Shown here piece by piece: positions 1 to 9,171 of a stretch of 64,000 bases of DNA. How positions within the stretch are numbered: the stretch's first letter is position 1; every line of letters starts with the position of its first letter. The DNA comes from Acidimicrobiia bacterium (GTDB lineage Bacteria > Actinomycetota > Acidimicrobiia > Spongiisociales > ZC4RG35), in the NCBI GenBank assembly GCA_035513335.1, contig DATKCE010000017.1, positions 13,255 through 77,254 of the forward strand, in the 5' to 3' direction. The position numbers and the translations under genes are program-made. The notes beneath the pieces are model-generated. The model was not told where the DNA came from, ran no database searches, and saw only the letters and a program-made list of their open reading frames with translations.

Positions 1-723
1 CTCCTCAGCGTGGCGGTCCTGCTTCCTCTCGAGATCGCCTTCGGTCTCGTCTCCAGGCTCGCCATCTGGCTCGCCGGCCTCTTCGACGGCCTGCTCCCAG
101 AGGTGGACACCGGAGGGAGCCCGATCAAGGACGCGGTGTCGGCCCCGGTGGCTTGGGCCCAAGAGGCGGTCGCCTCGCTGGGGTGGGGGACGGTCGAAGG
201 CGTAGTACTCCTCGCGCTCGGCTTCGGACTCATTTTCGTATCCCTCTGGCTGATCACCCGAAACATGCGTGCGGTGATGTCCGGCCGCATCGAAAACGCC
301 ATCAACGGCATCCTCGGGAAGGGTGCCGGCGCCGGGGCATTGGTAGCCGGGATCCTGATGACCGTGGCGGTGCAGAGCTCGAGTATCACCACGTCGATCC
401 TCGTCCCCCTGGTCGCGGCCGGTGTCCTGACCCTGCGGAACGCCTTTCCGGTGACCCTCGGAGCCAACGTGGGAACGACGGTCACCGCGCTGCTCGCATC
501 CGTCGCCGCCGAGTCTCCCGACGCTCTGGTCGTGGCAGTGGCCCACCTGGTCTTCAACGTCCTGGGGATACTGATCTTCTACCCATGGTTACCGATGCGC
601 CGCATCCCGCTGCAACTCGCCACCTGGACCGCCGCCGCCGCAGTGAGACACAAGACGTTGGTGGCCGGGTATGTGATCGGCCTGTTCATCGTCGCCCCAC
701 TAGGCATACTCTTGATTGCGTGA
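1..723 (+). CDS. Na+/phosphate cotransporter (NaPi-II family), C-terminal part; 5' end lies outside the window
   Basis: Frame is open from nt 1 to TGA 721-723. Polytopic hydrophobic translation with the NaPi-type segment GANVGTTVTALLAS. Followed by a PhoU-like gene, its usual partner. Confidence 0.75.
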   Translation, partial: LLSVAVLLPLEIAFGLVSRLAIWLAGLFDGLLPEVDTGGSPIKDAVSAPVAWAQEAVASLGWGTVEGVVLLALGFGLIFVSLWLITRNMRAVMSGRIENAINGILGKGAGAGALVAGILMTVAVQSSSITTSILVPLVAAGVLTLRNAFPVTLGANVGTTVTALLASVAAESPDALVVAVAHLVFNVLGILIFYPWLPMRRIPLQLATWTAAAAVRHKTLVAGYVIGLFIVAPLGILLIA

Positions 724-733
724 GGAGATAGCA

Positions 734-1408
734 ATGTTCTCGATATTCCGTGATTACGACCAGCTGGAGAACGTCGAGCAGCAGCTGGCGGCGATGCTCG
801 CCCAATGCCAGGACGCCTACCGGATCGCCACCGAGGCGGTGTTCGGTGAGAGCGACCCCACCGCGGCCGGGGAAGAGCTGCTCGCCCTCGACCAGGAGAT
901 CAACCGGGCCGAGCGCGCCGTCCGCCGCGAGCTCCTCGTCCATGGCACGGTGCGCGGAGCCGAGCTCGACTTCGGGCTGATGCTCACCTACATGTCGGTG
1001 GCCAAGGACATCGAGCGAATCGGTGACAAATGCAAGGACATCTGGGAGCTGACCGGGATGGGGGCCAACTTCAGCGTCGGTGACGACCTCGAAGAGCTGA
1101 CCCGGCACCGTGAGCACGTTGCCGAGCTCATCACCTGGACGCTCGAAGCCTTCACCACCGAGGACGCCGAGAAGGTCCACGAGCTGATCTCGACGATCAA
1201 CGACGACGCCGACCACTACGACACCCACGTCCTCCACTTCGTGCGGTCCGACCTGCCCTCGCGACATGCCGCTCCTCGTGCCCTGTTCTATCGCTACATC
1301 AAGAGGCTGAGCCGGCACCTGTCAAACATCCTGTCCTCGGTGGTGATGCCCGTGGACCGTCTCGACTTCTATAAGCGGTCCAAGGCGATCGACGCCGAGG
1401 ACGACTGA
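734..1408 (+). CDS. PhoU-domain protein associated with the Na/Pi transporter
   Basis: GAGGAG lies about 6 nt before ATG 734; the ORF-track start at 716 overlaps the upstream stop. Helical PhoU-like repeats including VAKDIERIGDKCKDIWE. Confidence 0.7.
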   Translation: MFSIFRDYDQLENVEQQLAAMLAQCQDAYRIATEAVFGESDPTAAGEELLALDQEINRAERAVRRELLVHGTVRGAELDFGLMLTYMSVAKDIERIGDKCKDIWELTGMGANFSVGDDLEELTRHREHVAELITWTLEAFTTEDAEKVHELISTINDDADHYDTHVLHFVRSDLPSRHAAPRALFYRYIKRLSRHLSNILSSVVMPVDRLDFYKRSKAIDAEDD

Positions 1409-1436
1409 GCGGTCGAAGCGCTTATTCTGCTCGCCC

Positions 1437-2000
1437 ATGCGGTTGGGGATAGATCTCGACGGAGTGGTGGCCAACTTCACAAAGGGTTGGATGTGGTTCT
1501 ACAACCGGGAGTTCGGCACCGAGTTAACCGTCGAGGACTCCCAGCGTTGGAGCGACCTCGTGGACCTCACCCACTTCACTGACATCGACGAGTTCTGGCG
1601 GTGGTCGTCGGACCTGGACGGGCGCTCGGTGTTCTGGCATCTCGAGCCCTTCCCGGGAGCGGTGGCCGCCTTGCATGCTCTGGCCGACGAGGGGCACGAC
1701 ATCGTCATCGTCACCACCAAGCCTGTATTCGCCGTCGACGACACCCACCAGTGGATCGAGAAGCACGAGATTCCGGCTGCGGAGATCCACATCCTCGAGG
1801 ACAAGTGGCTGGTGCCGTGTCACGTGTATGTCGACGACGGGCCACACATCCTCCCCGGGTTGGTGCAGCGTCGCCCTGAGGCGACCGTGTGCCGTTATGT
1901 CCGGCCCTGGAACCATCCGGTGCCGGGAGCGATCGACGTCCACGACTTCGATGAATTTCGCGAGGTGGTCGATCGCTTGGCGGTAACCGGGTCCACCTAG
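1437..2000 (+). CDS. HAD-superfamily 5'(3')-deoxyribonucleotidase-like phosphatase
   Basis: HAD motif I GIDLDGVVANF at the N-terminus, later VIVTTKP and YVDDG. 187 aa. Confidence 0.6.
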   Translation: MRLGIDLDGVVANFTKGWMWFYNREFGTELTVEDSQRWSDLVDLTHFTDIDEFWRWSSDLDGRSVFWHLEPFPGAVAALHALADEGHDIVIVTTKPVFAVDDTHQWIEKHEIPAAEIHILEDKWLVPCHVYVDDGPHILPGLVQRRPEATVCRYVRPWNHPVPGAIDVHDFDEFREVVDRLAVTGST

Positions 2001-2100
2001 CTAGCCTCGCCCCGATCGTTTGGCGCACCCGAAGGCCGAGTCGTATTCGACAGAAGCCTACGGGAGCGGAGCGATCCAAGAAATCAGGAGGAAAACGCAC

Positions 2101-3222
2101 ATGAAGAGAAGACTCTGGGCACTGCTCGCGGTGCTCGTTCTGTTGGTAGCCGCCTGTGGGGACGATGGGGCAGACGAGACCACCACCACAGAGGCTCCCG
2201 CCGCGACCACCACTACGGAGGCGGCTCCCGAGGAGACCACTACGACCGAGGCCGACGAGACGTCCGACTGGCCCGACACCCTGGTGTTCGGGTTCGTCCC
2301 CTCCCGTGAGGCCGAGGACCTGCAGGACAATGTCGATGTCCTCGCCGGCATCCTCTCCGACGCCTTGGACATCGATGTCGAAGGCGTCGTAACCACCGAC
2401 TACACCGCTCTCGGTGCGGCCCTGGGGACAGGACAAGCCCAGATCGGGGCCCTGGCGCCGGCGAACTACGTGATCGCCGCCCGCCAGTATGACAACATCG
2501 AGCTGTTGGCTCAGTCGGTGCGGTTCGGTGACTCGACCTATCACGCCCAGTACTTCACCAACGACCCCAGCGTCTGCACGGGCGACCCGGTCGAGGGTGC
2601 CTACTACTACGACGACGAAGGGAACGTCGAGTTTCGGGAGCCGACAGACACCCCTGCCCTTCAGGTGGGCTGGAATCCCGACGGGACCCGCGATGAGTCG
2701 GTCTCGGCAGGCCTGGTGTGCCCCGAGCCAGTCGACTTGAGCGTCGTCGAAGGTGGCCACATGTCATTCGGTACCGAGACCTCGACCTCCGGGTTCATCT
2801 TCCCGGTCCTCGAGCTCGGCGGTGTCGGGCTGACCCAGGACGTCGACTACACGTCGTCCTATTCGGGAAGCCACGACAACTCCGTGCTCGACGTCTACAA
2901 CGGTGACGCCGACTTCGGTGTCTCGTTCGACGATGCCCGTCGCAACGTCAGGGAGGAGAATCCCGACGTGGGTGAGCGCGTGATCGTGTTCAACATCTCC
3001 TCACCCATCGCCAACGACGTCATCGCTGTGGACGCCAACCTCCCCGACGATCTGAAGGATGCGATCTTCAATGCGATCGTTGACTTCGTGAATACGGAAG
3101 ATGGCGCGGCCCTCATGGATGAGGTCTACAGCTGGACCGATCTGACCCGGGCCGATGAGTTCACCGAGGCTTCGTTTGTCCTGATCGAGCAGGCTCTCGA
3201 CGAGCTCGGGTTCGGTCAGTAG
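2101..3222 (+). CDS. phnD: Phosphonate/phosphite ABC transporter substrate-binding lipoprotein
   Basis: AGGAGG RBS before ATG 2101. Signal peptide with lipobox LVAAC, T/E/A-rich linker, PhnD-like body. Followed by phnC and two phnE genes. Confidence 0.8.
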   Translation: MKRRLWALLAVLVLLVAACGDDGADETTTTEAPAATTTTEAAPEETTTTEADETSDWPDTLVFGFVPSREAEDLQDNVDVLAGILSDALDIDVEGVVTTDYTALGAALGTGQAQIGALAPANYVIAARQYDNIELLAQSVRFGDSTYHAQYFTNDPSVCTGDPVEGAYYYDDEGNVEFREPTDTPALQVGWNPDGTRDESVSAGLVCPEPVDLSVVEGGHMSFGTETSTSGFIFPVLELGGVGLTQDVDYTSSYSGSHDNSVLDVYNGDADFGVSFDDARRNVREENPDVGERVIVFNISSPIANDVIAVDANLPDDLKDAIFNAIVDFVNTEDGAALMDEVYSWTDLTRADEFTEASFVLIEQALDELGFGQ

Positions 3223-3239
3223 GCAGGACTCGCTGGGAT

Positions 3240-3270
3240 GAGTGGGGTCGACCGGGGATCGGCCCCACTC
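3240..3270 (+). promoter_or_regulatory. Intercistronic stem-loop between phnD and phnC
   Basis: 12-bp stem (gagtggggtcga / tcggccccactc, one G-U) with a 7-nt loop. A second small hairpin gtccc-gaaa-gggac lies at 3281-3294. No U-tract. Confidence 0.5.
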
Positions 3271-3321
3271 ACGCGCTAGCGTCCCGAAAGGGACCGTCAA
3301 GGCAAACGGAGAAGAGGCAGG

Positions 3322-4095
3322 ATGATCGAGTTCCGCAACGTCGACGTCACCTATCCCAACGGGTTCCAGGCGCTGAGCGACCTGAGCGTCACGATCGAGG
3401 ACGGCGAGTTGGTGGTGATCGTCGGACTGTCCGGCGCCGGAAAGTCGACCTTCCTCCGCGCCATCAACGGGTTCGTCCCCATCACCGCCGGGTCGGTGAA
3501 GGTCCATGGGATCGAAGTCCGTGGAGCGAGCAACCGCACCCTGCGCGAGCTGCGCTCCGGAGTCGGCATGATCTACCAGACCTTCAACCTGGTGAACCGG
3601 ACCACGGTGATCAACAACGTGCTGATGGGACGTCTCGCCAAGGTCGGATTCGTCAGGGCCCTGCTCGGCATGTGGCCGGCGGAGGACAAAGAGATCGCCC
3701 TCCGGGCCCTGGAGAGGGTCGAGATCGTCGACAAGGCGTACACCCGGGCCAGCAATCTCTCCGGCGGTCAGCAGCAACGGGTGGGTATCGCCAGAGCCCT
3801 CACCCAGGAGCCGAAAGTCCTCCTCGCCGACGAACCGGTGGCTTCGCTCGACCCGGTGACCTCACACACCGTGATGAGCGACCTGCGGCGGATCAACCGC
3901 GACCTCGGAATCACGACGATCATCAACCTCCACTTTCTCGACCTGGCGCGCAGCTACGGGAAGCGTCTCATCGGGCTCCGCGACGGCGAGTTGGTCTACG
4001 ACGGTGACATCGCCGACGTCGACGAGGAGACCTTCCGGGGGATCTATGGGAGGTCGGTGACACCCGACGACCTGCTCGAGGGCGCCGATCTGTGA
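3322..4095 (+). CDS. phnC: Phosphonate ABC transporter ATP-binding protein
   Basis: Walker A GLSGAGKST, ABC signature LSGGQQQRV, Walker B LLADEP. Stop overlaps the next GTG start (GTGA). Confidence 0.9.
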   Translation: MIEFRNVDVTYPNGFQALSDLSVTIEDGELVVIVGLSGAGKSTFLRAINGFVPITAGSVKVHGIEVRGASNRTLRELRSGVGMIYQTFNLVNRTTVINNVLMGRLAKVGFVRALLGMWPAEDKEIALRALERVEIVDKAYTRASNLSGGQQQRVGIARALTQEPKVLLADEPVASLDPVTSHTVMSDLRRINRDLGITTIINLHFLDLARSYGKRLIGLRDGELVYDGDIADVDEETFRGIYGRSVTPDDLLEGADL

Positions 4096-5459
4096 CCTCG
4101 GAGGTCCTGGCACCGACCCGACCTGCGCCACCCCGGCGTGCCTGGCCCATGGCCATACCGCTCATGGTGGCGGTGGCCGCCATGGCCCTCGGAGGCGCTG
4201 CGGCCGGAGTGGCTGGTGGTGTGGTCTGGGGCGCGGTCGGTGCACTGGGCCTGGTCGCGGCCCTGGTGATCGGCAACGTCACCGTCTCCAATCTCGACCG
4301 CGGACTGCTCGTTGCCGGCCTGGCCATCTCCACATTCCTGGCCACCCGAGTCCTGCCCGGGGCACCCGAAGTAGTCGACGTCCTCCTTTGTGTGCAGTTC
4401 GCACTGGCCTTCACCCCTGCGGCGCTCGTCTTTGCAGTGGTGGCCCGGCGACGCGGGGCCAAACCCACTTCTGCGTTGAACGCCGGGATCGCCTGGCTGA
4501 TGGCAGGCGCTTTCGCCCTCCCCGCGGCGGTCACCCTCGACATCCTGACGCCCGTCTCGTCGCTGCGACAAGGAGTGGAGCCGGTGTTCGGGACCGGTGA
4601 CTACATCGCCATCGGTCTCCTGGTGGGAGGAATCGCGTTCGCCGCCTTCCTCGGCGTGGTCGCCCGACTCCCCGCACTGGCCGTGGCGTCGATCGTCCTG
4701 TTGTCCACCTGGTTCGCCGGGGCCGCAGTTGGGTTCAGCATCGACGCACTCGTCAGCGGGATCGCCGATATCGCCAAGATCCCCAACTTCTGGCCGCCTG
4801 ATTTCGCCTGGGCAATAGGCGACGGCGACTGGTGGTGGCTCCCCTCCTGGGAGTTCGGCGCGCCCCTCCGCGCCAATCCACTCGTCGAGACCATCCGCAT
4901 GGGAGTCACCGCCACGGTCCTCGGGTGTGGTGTGGCCCTCCCCCTCGCCTTCCTCGCCTCGACTCTCACCGCTCCGAACCATCCCCTCTACCTCGTCGCC
5001 AAGGGGTTCATGAACGTGACCCGCACCATCCCCGACCTGTTCTGGGCCGTGATCCTGGTGGCCTCGGTCGGAAGCGGTCCGTTCGCCGGGACCATCGCCT
5101 TGTCGGTCTTCGCCATGGCGATCATGGCGAAGTTGTTCTCCGAGACCATCGACGATGCCGACCCCGGGCCGCTCGAGGCCGCTAAGGCCACCGGCTCACG
5201 ACACTCACCTTCTGTGAAAGTCTCCGTGTTGCCCCAGGTCCTGCCAAGTTATGTCTCGTATGCCCTCTACATCTTCGAGCTCACCATCCGCGCCTCGGCG
5301 ATCGTCGGTCTGGTCGGTGCCGGTGGTATCGGACGGGTCCTCGAAGCGCAACGGGTCTTCTTCCAGTTCGACAGAATCCTGGCGATCGTCATCGTCGTCG
5401 TCATCGTCGTGTTCGTCCTCGACCAGATCAGCAATGCCCTGCGGCGGCGCCTGGTGTGA
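4092..5459 (+). CDS. phnE: Phosphonate ABC transporter permease with a long hydrophobic N-terminal extension
   Basis: The C-terminal ~260 aa is PhnE-like (EAAKATG motif region). The N-terminal ~190 aa adds extra predicted TM segments. GTGA overlap at both ends. Confidence 0.8.
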   Translation: MTSEVLAPTRPAPPRRAWPMAIPLMVAVAAMALGGAAAGVAGGVVWGAVGALGLVAALVIGNVTVSNLDRGLLVAGLAISTFLATRVLPGAPEVVDVLLCVQFALAFTPAALVFAVVARRRGAKPTSALNAGIAWLMAGAFALPAAVTLDILTPVSSLRQGVEPVFGTGDYIAIGLLVGGIAFAAFLGVVARLPALAVASIVLLSTWFAGAAVGFSIDALVSGIADIAKIPNFWPPDFAWAIGDGDWWWLPSWEFGAPLRANPLVETIRMGVTATVLGCGVALPLAFLASTLTAPNHPLYLVAKGFMNVTRTIPDLFWAVILVASVGSGPFAGTIALSVFAMAIMAKLFSETIDDADPGPLEAAKATGSRHSPSVKVSVLPQVLPSYVSYALYIFELTIRASAIVGLVGAGGIGRVLEAQRVFFQFDRILAIVIVVVIVVFVLDQISNALRRRLV

Positions 5460-6406
5460 GCAGTCCGACCGCCACCGCGGCACCACCCCGGCTTCGACCC
5501 GAGGAGCCGGTCGGACCGAAGATCTTTCGCTGGGGGATAACGCTCGCCATCCTCATCCCGTTGATCTGGTCCGCCGCCGGGCTCAACGTGACCTGGGACC
5601 GGGTTCTCTCCGCTCCCGCAGACATTTGGAACATCGTCCACCGCATGGTCCCACCCGACCTGACCCCGGAGACCGTTCAGCGAGCGATGCCCAAGGTCAT
5701 GGAGTCACTGTTCATCGCCTGGGTGGGGACGATCATCGCCGCCTCCCTCTCTCTCCCCCTGGCCATCCTGGCGGCGCGGAACCTGACCACTGATAGTTCC
5801 AGCTTCATCATCCGCCAGATCTTCATCCTCATCCGGTCAGTGCCCGAACTGCTCCTCGCCATGGTTCTGATCCCGGTGACCGGGCTCGGGCCCTGGACCG
5901 GGGTATTGGCCATCGGGCTTCACTCCATCGGCACCCTGGGGCGGCTCTCCTCGGAGGTCATGGAAGGGATCGACCCAGGGCCGGTGGAGGCGATAGCCAG
6001 CTCCGGTGCCGGCCGGCTGTCACAGATCCGATACGGCGTACTACCCCAGGTGATGCCGACGATCACCGCCTACTGGCTCTATCGATTCGAGATCAACATC
6101 AGGGCGTCGGCCGTGCTCGGTGCAGTCGGGGTGGGAGGCATCGGTCTGGAGCTCATTCAGCAGCTGGCGTTCCGAAACTACGCCCGGGTCGGCACAGTCC
6201 TCTTCTTGACCATCGCGGTGGTCCTGGCCATCGACACAGTTTCCGCCAGGCTGAGGCGACGGATCATCACCGGCAATCGCGAGCCGGGACCGGTCGCCAT
6301 CTTCCTTAAAGCCGGACTCACGCAGCGGGTGACGATGATCACCATGACCGTTCTCATCGCAGTGACGGTGGCGTTCCTGCTGATTCAGCTGCAAGCACCC
6401 GCTTGA
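5456..6406 (+). CDS. phnE: Phosphonate ABC transporter permease, second copy
   Basis: PhnE-like translation (VEAIASSGAG..., multiple TM segments). GTG start overlaps the upstream stop. Confidence 0.85.
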   Translation: MSSPTATAAPPRLRPEEPVGPKIFRWGITLAILIPLIWSAAGLNVTWDRVLSAPADIWNIVHRMVPPDLTPETVQRAMPKVMESLFIAWVGTIIAASLSLPLAILAARNLTTDSSSFIIRQIFILIRSVPELLLAMVLIPVTGLGPWTGVLAIGLHSIGTLGRLSSEVMEGIDPGPVEAIASSGAGRLSQIRYGVLPQVMPTITAYWLYRFEINIRASAVLGAVGVGGIGLELIQQLAFRNYARVGTVLFLTIAVVLAIDTVSARLRRRIITGNREPGPVAIFLKAGLTQRVTMITMTVLIAVTVAFLLIQLQAPA

Positions 6407-6407
6407 C

Positions 6408-7409
6408 ATGAGCGAGATGCTGCGGCGCACTCGTGATGAGCGGGAGCGGCTCGAGCACGAGCTCCTCGCCCCGGCGGCGACCAAGTCCGACCAGACGCTG
6501 GGGCGCCGACATGAGGAGGAGGACGACGAGTTTCGCACCGGGTTCGAGCGCGACCGCGACCGAATCATCCACTCCAAGGCCTTCCGCCGTCTCAAGCACA
6601 AGACCCAGGTCTTTCTCAATCCCGACGGTGACCATTTCGTCACCCGGATGACCCACACCATCCACGTCACCCAGGTGGGTCGGGCCATGGCCAGCGCGCT
6701 CGGCCTCAACGAGGACCTGACCGAAGCCATCTGCCTGGCCCACGACGTGGGGCACTCCCCGTTCGGACATACCGGTGAGGACGCGCTCAGCCCGCTGGTC
6801 GAGGGCGAGTGGCTCCACTCGACCCACGGAGTGAGGACCCTGGAGCTGCTCGAGCCCCAGAACCTGACCCATGAGGTTCTCGACGGAGTGCGGGCCCACT
6901 CTTGGAAAATCGATCCGCCCCCGGAGACCCCTGAGGGATGGCTGTGTCGATTCGCCGACCGCATCGCCTATCTGACCCACGACGTCTCCGACGCTCTCCG
7001 TGCCGGTGTGCTCGAGTACCACGACCTCCCCGTGAAGGCGCTGACCACCTTCGGCGCCACCTCCCGGGAGTGGATCGGCTCGATGATCAACGCCGTGGTC
7101 GAAGCCTCGTACCGCGCCGGTGAAGTGACGATGGACGAGGAGCACCTGTCGGTGATGGGCGAGCTGCGCGACTTCATGTTCGAGCAGGTCTATCTGCGCC
7201 CCGAGTCCGAGGCCCAGAAGGACAAGGCGATCCTGGTCATCCAGGATCTCGTCGGCCACTACCAGGCCCATCCCCATGAGGTCCCGGACTCGTACACCGT
7301 CACCGAGGCGGACTCGCTGACCCGGGCGGTCGATTACGTGGCCGGGATGACCGACCGTTACGCCCTCCGCACCCACGACCGTCTCTTCCGCCCCACCCTC
7401 CTCGACTGA
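6408..7409 (+). CDS. dGTP triphosphohydrolase-like HD-domain protein
   Basis: HD motif LAHDVGHSPFGH. N-terminal FERDRDRIIHSKAFRRLKHKTQVF is typical of the dGTPase family. Confidence 0.8.
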   Translation: MSEMLRRTRDERERLEHELLAPAATKSDQTLGRRHEEEDDEFRTGFERDRDRIIHSKAFRRLKHKTQVFLNPDGDHFVTRMTHTIHVTQVGRAMASALGLNEDLTEAICLAHDVGHSPFGHTGEDALSPLVEGEWLHSTHGVRTLELLEPQNLTHEVLDGVRAHSWKIDPPPETPEGWLCRFADRIAYLTHDVSDALRAGVLEYHDLPVKALTTFGATSREWIGSMINAVVEASYRAGEVTMDEEHLSVMGELRDFMFEQVYLRPESEAQKDKAILVIQDLVGHYQAHPHEVPDSYTVTEADSLTRAVDYVAGMTDRYALRTHDRLFRPTLLD

Positions 7410-7487
7410 CCCTCCGAGCCTTGCGTTCTCAGGGCGCTGGACTTCGCGGAGCGGGGCCTGGAACCCAGGGTTCGCCATAGTCGGCCA

Positions 7488-8315
7488 GTGAATAGCATGT
7501 CGACGATGGGCTTCGAGCACCTCGAGATCGAGAAGAGCGGTCACCTGGCTATCGTCTGGCTCAACCGGCCGGAGAAGCTGAACGCACTCTCCGCGGACAT
7601 GTGGGCCGACATCCCACGTGCGATCTCCTCGCTCGACGAAGACGACGAGGTGAGAGTGATCGTCGTCGCAGGGCGGGGGAAGACCTTCACCGTTGGAATC
7701 GACATCGACATGCTGGCCGGGTTACAGCCAGATGGGCCCTCGCCCGCCAAGGGCAATTTCCACATCTACACCGAGATCAAGCGTCTTCAGGACACGGTCG
7801 ACTCTCTGGCCGATACCGCCAAGCCGGTGATCGCCGCCATCCACGGCTACTGCCTGGGCGCCGGAGTCAACCTCATCTCGGCATGCGACATCCGCATCGC
7901 CTCCGAGGACGCGGTGTTCTCGATCCGGGAGACCAAGATGGGGCTGGTGGCAGACATCGGGGCCCTGCAGCGTCTTCCCAGGATTGTGGGTGACGGCGTC
8001 ACCGCCGAGATGGCGCTGACCGGTGCCGACTACCCGGCGTCGTGGGCGCTGGACAAGGGACTGGTGACCCGGGTATTCCACGACCCCGAGACCTTGATGA
8101 CCGGTGCCCGCGCCCTGGCCGATGAGATCGCCGCCAATTCGCCACTGGTCATTCAGGGCATCAAGCGGATTCTCCAGGCCAACGACGGACGCACCATCGA
8201 CCAGGCGCTCGACTACATGGCGCAATGGAACTCATCGTTCCTGATCTCGAACGATCTCATGGAGGCGATCAACGCCTACACGGAGAAGCGGGACCCCGAC
8301 TTCACCGGCACCTGA
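7488..8315 (+). CDS. Enoyl-CoA hydratase/isomerase (crotonase) family protein
   Basis: Crotonase fold signatures LNRPEKLNAL and IAAIHGYCLGAGVNLISACDIRIAS. The start could be 7488, 7497 or 7506. Confidence 0.8.
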   Translation: MNSMSTMGFEHLEIEKSGHLAIVWLNRPEKLNALSADMWADIPRAISSLDEDDEVRVIVVAGRGKTFTVGIDIDMLAGLQPDGPSPAKGNFHIYTEIKRLQDTVDSLADTAKPVIAAIHGYCLGAGVNLISACDIRIASEDAVFSIRETKMGLVADIGALQRLPRIVGDGVTAEMALTGADYPASWALDKGLVTRVFHDPETLMTGARALADEIAANSPLVIQGIKRILQANDGRTIDQALDYMAQWNSSFLISNDLMEAINAYTEKRDPDFTGT

Positions 8316-8528
8316 AGGTCCCAGCTGGCGTTGCTATAGCAAGAGGTCGTGGAATCCGAGACCTCGTGCACACTCGTCTCCGCTTCCGGCAGGCGGAGGT
8401 CCCGCGTCCCACGGGACTTTCGCCCTGGGACTTCCGGCCCGCGAACCGGGACCTTCGGCACTCGTGCATTCTTTCACAAAGTCCGATGCTTTCTCCATAG
8501 GCAGTTGACCTGTTGATTGGAGGATCAC

Positions 8529-9065
8529 ATGACTGCAACAGTCGAAAGAGACCGCATCTACCAAGTGGAAGCGGCACCGAAGAAGAGTCTCGTACTCTTG
8601 CTCGCCGGCATCCTGGCGATGACCGTCGGGTTCGGTTCCATCGCCGGCGGGGTGTTCGGCGCCTGGTACACATGGGATCAGGCCGCCGTTCAGAACATCG
8701 TCACCCCTGACGATGCGGCCATAGCGGAGACGCCGGTGAGGGGCCCGTTCACGATGTGGGCGCAAGCCGACATCATCAATTATCACCAGCTCGATCGCAC
8801 CGATGGCCTCTACTACGCCGAGATGGATCGAACGGTTCCGGCGATCGACGAGGCTGGAGAACCGGTCCTCGACGAGGCCGGTGAGGTGGTCATGGTCCCG
8901 AACGAGGCAAGAGCCTCATGGTTCGATGCCACGACCCTGACCACGGCGCTCAGCCTGGGGATCGTGTCCTACGCCCTGGCAGCCTTTGCCATGGTGGTCG
9001 GACTCACCCTGGTGGTCGTCGGATACGTGTTCATTCACATCCGGCGCAAGGCAGTACTCCTCTAA
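8529..9065 (+). CDS. Hypothetical membrane protein (two TM helices flanking an exported domain)
   Basis: GGAGG RBS before ATG 8529. Hydrophobic helices near both termini. Followed by a strong terminator. Confidence 0.6.
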   Translation: MTATVERDRIYQVEAAPKKSLVLLLAGILAMTVGFGSIAGGVFGAWYTWDQAAVQNIVTPDDAAIAETPVRGPFTMWAQADIINYHQLDRTDGLYYAEMDRTVPAIDEAGEPVLDEAGEVVMVPNEARASWFDATTLTTALSLGIVSYALAAFAMVVGLTLVVVGYVFIHIRRKAVLL

Positions 9066-9082
9066 CAACCAACTGCCGAGGA

Positions 9083-9118
9083 GGGACCGGGCCCCGATTT
9101 CGGGGCCCGGTCCCTTTT
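9083..9118 (+). terminator. Rho-independent terminator
   Basis: gggaccgggccccga / tcggggcccggtccc inverted repeat (about 13 bp usable stem) followed by tttt. Confidence 0.8.
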
Positions 9119-9171
9119 CGCCCTGGCCCAACCCCTCCACTCCGAGGCACGATCGACCACAATCCGGCGCG

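Noticed and set aside
8316-8528. A 210-bp intergenic region with several short GGTCCC/GGGAC-type hairpins, which could be a small RNA.
   Set aside because: I could not recognise any known RNA family, and there is no clear promoter or terminator pair. It is left uncalled.
8986-9171. N-terminal extension of the oxidoreductase ORF from the track start at 8986.
   Set aside because: It overlaps the upstream membrane-protein gene and a strong terminator. The Rossmann GxGxxG motif begins right after ATG 9172.
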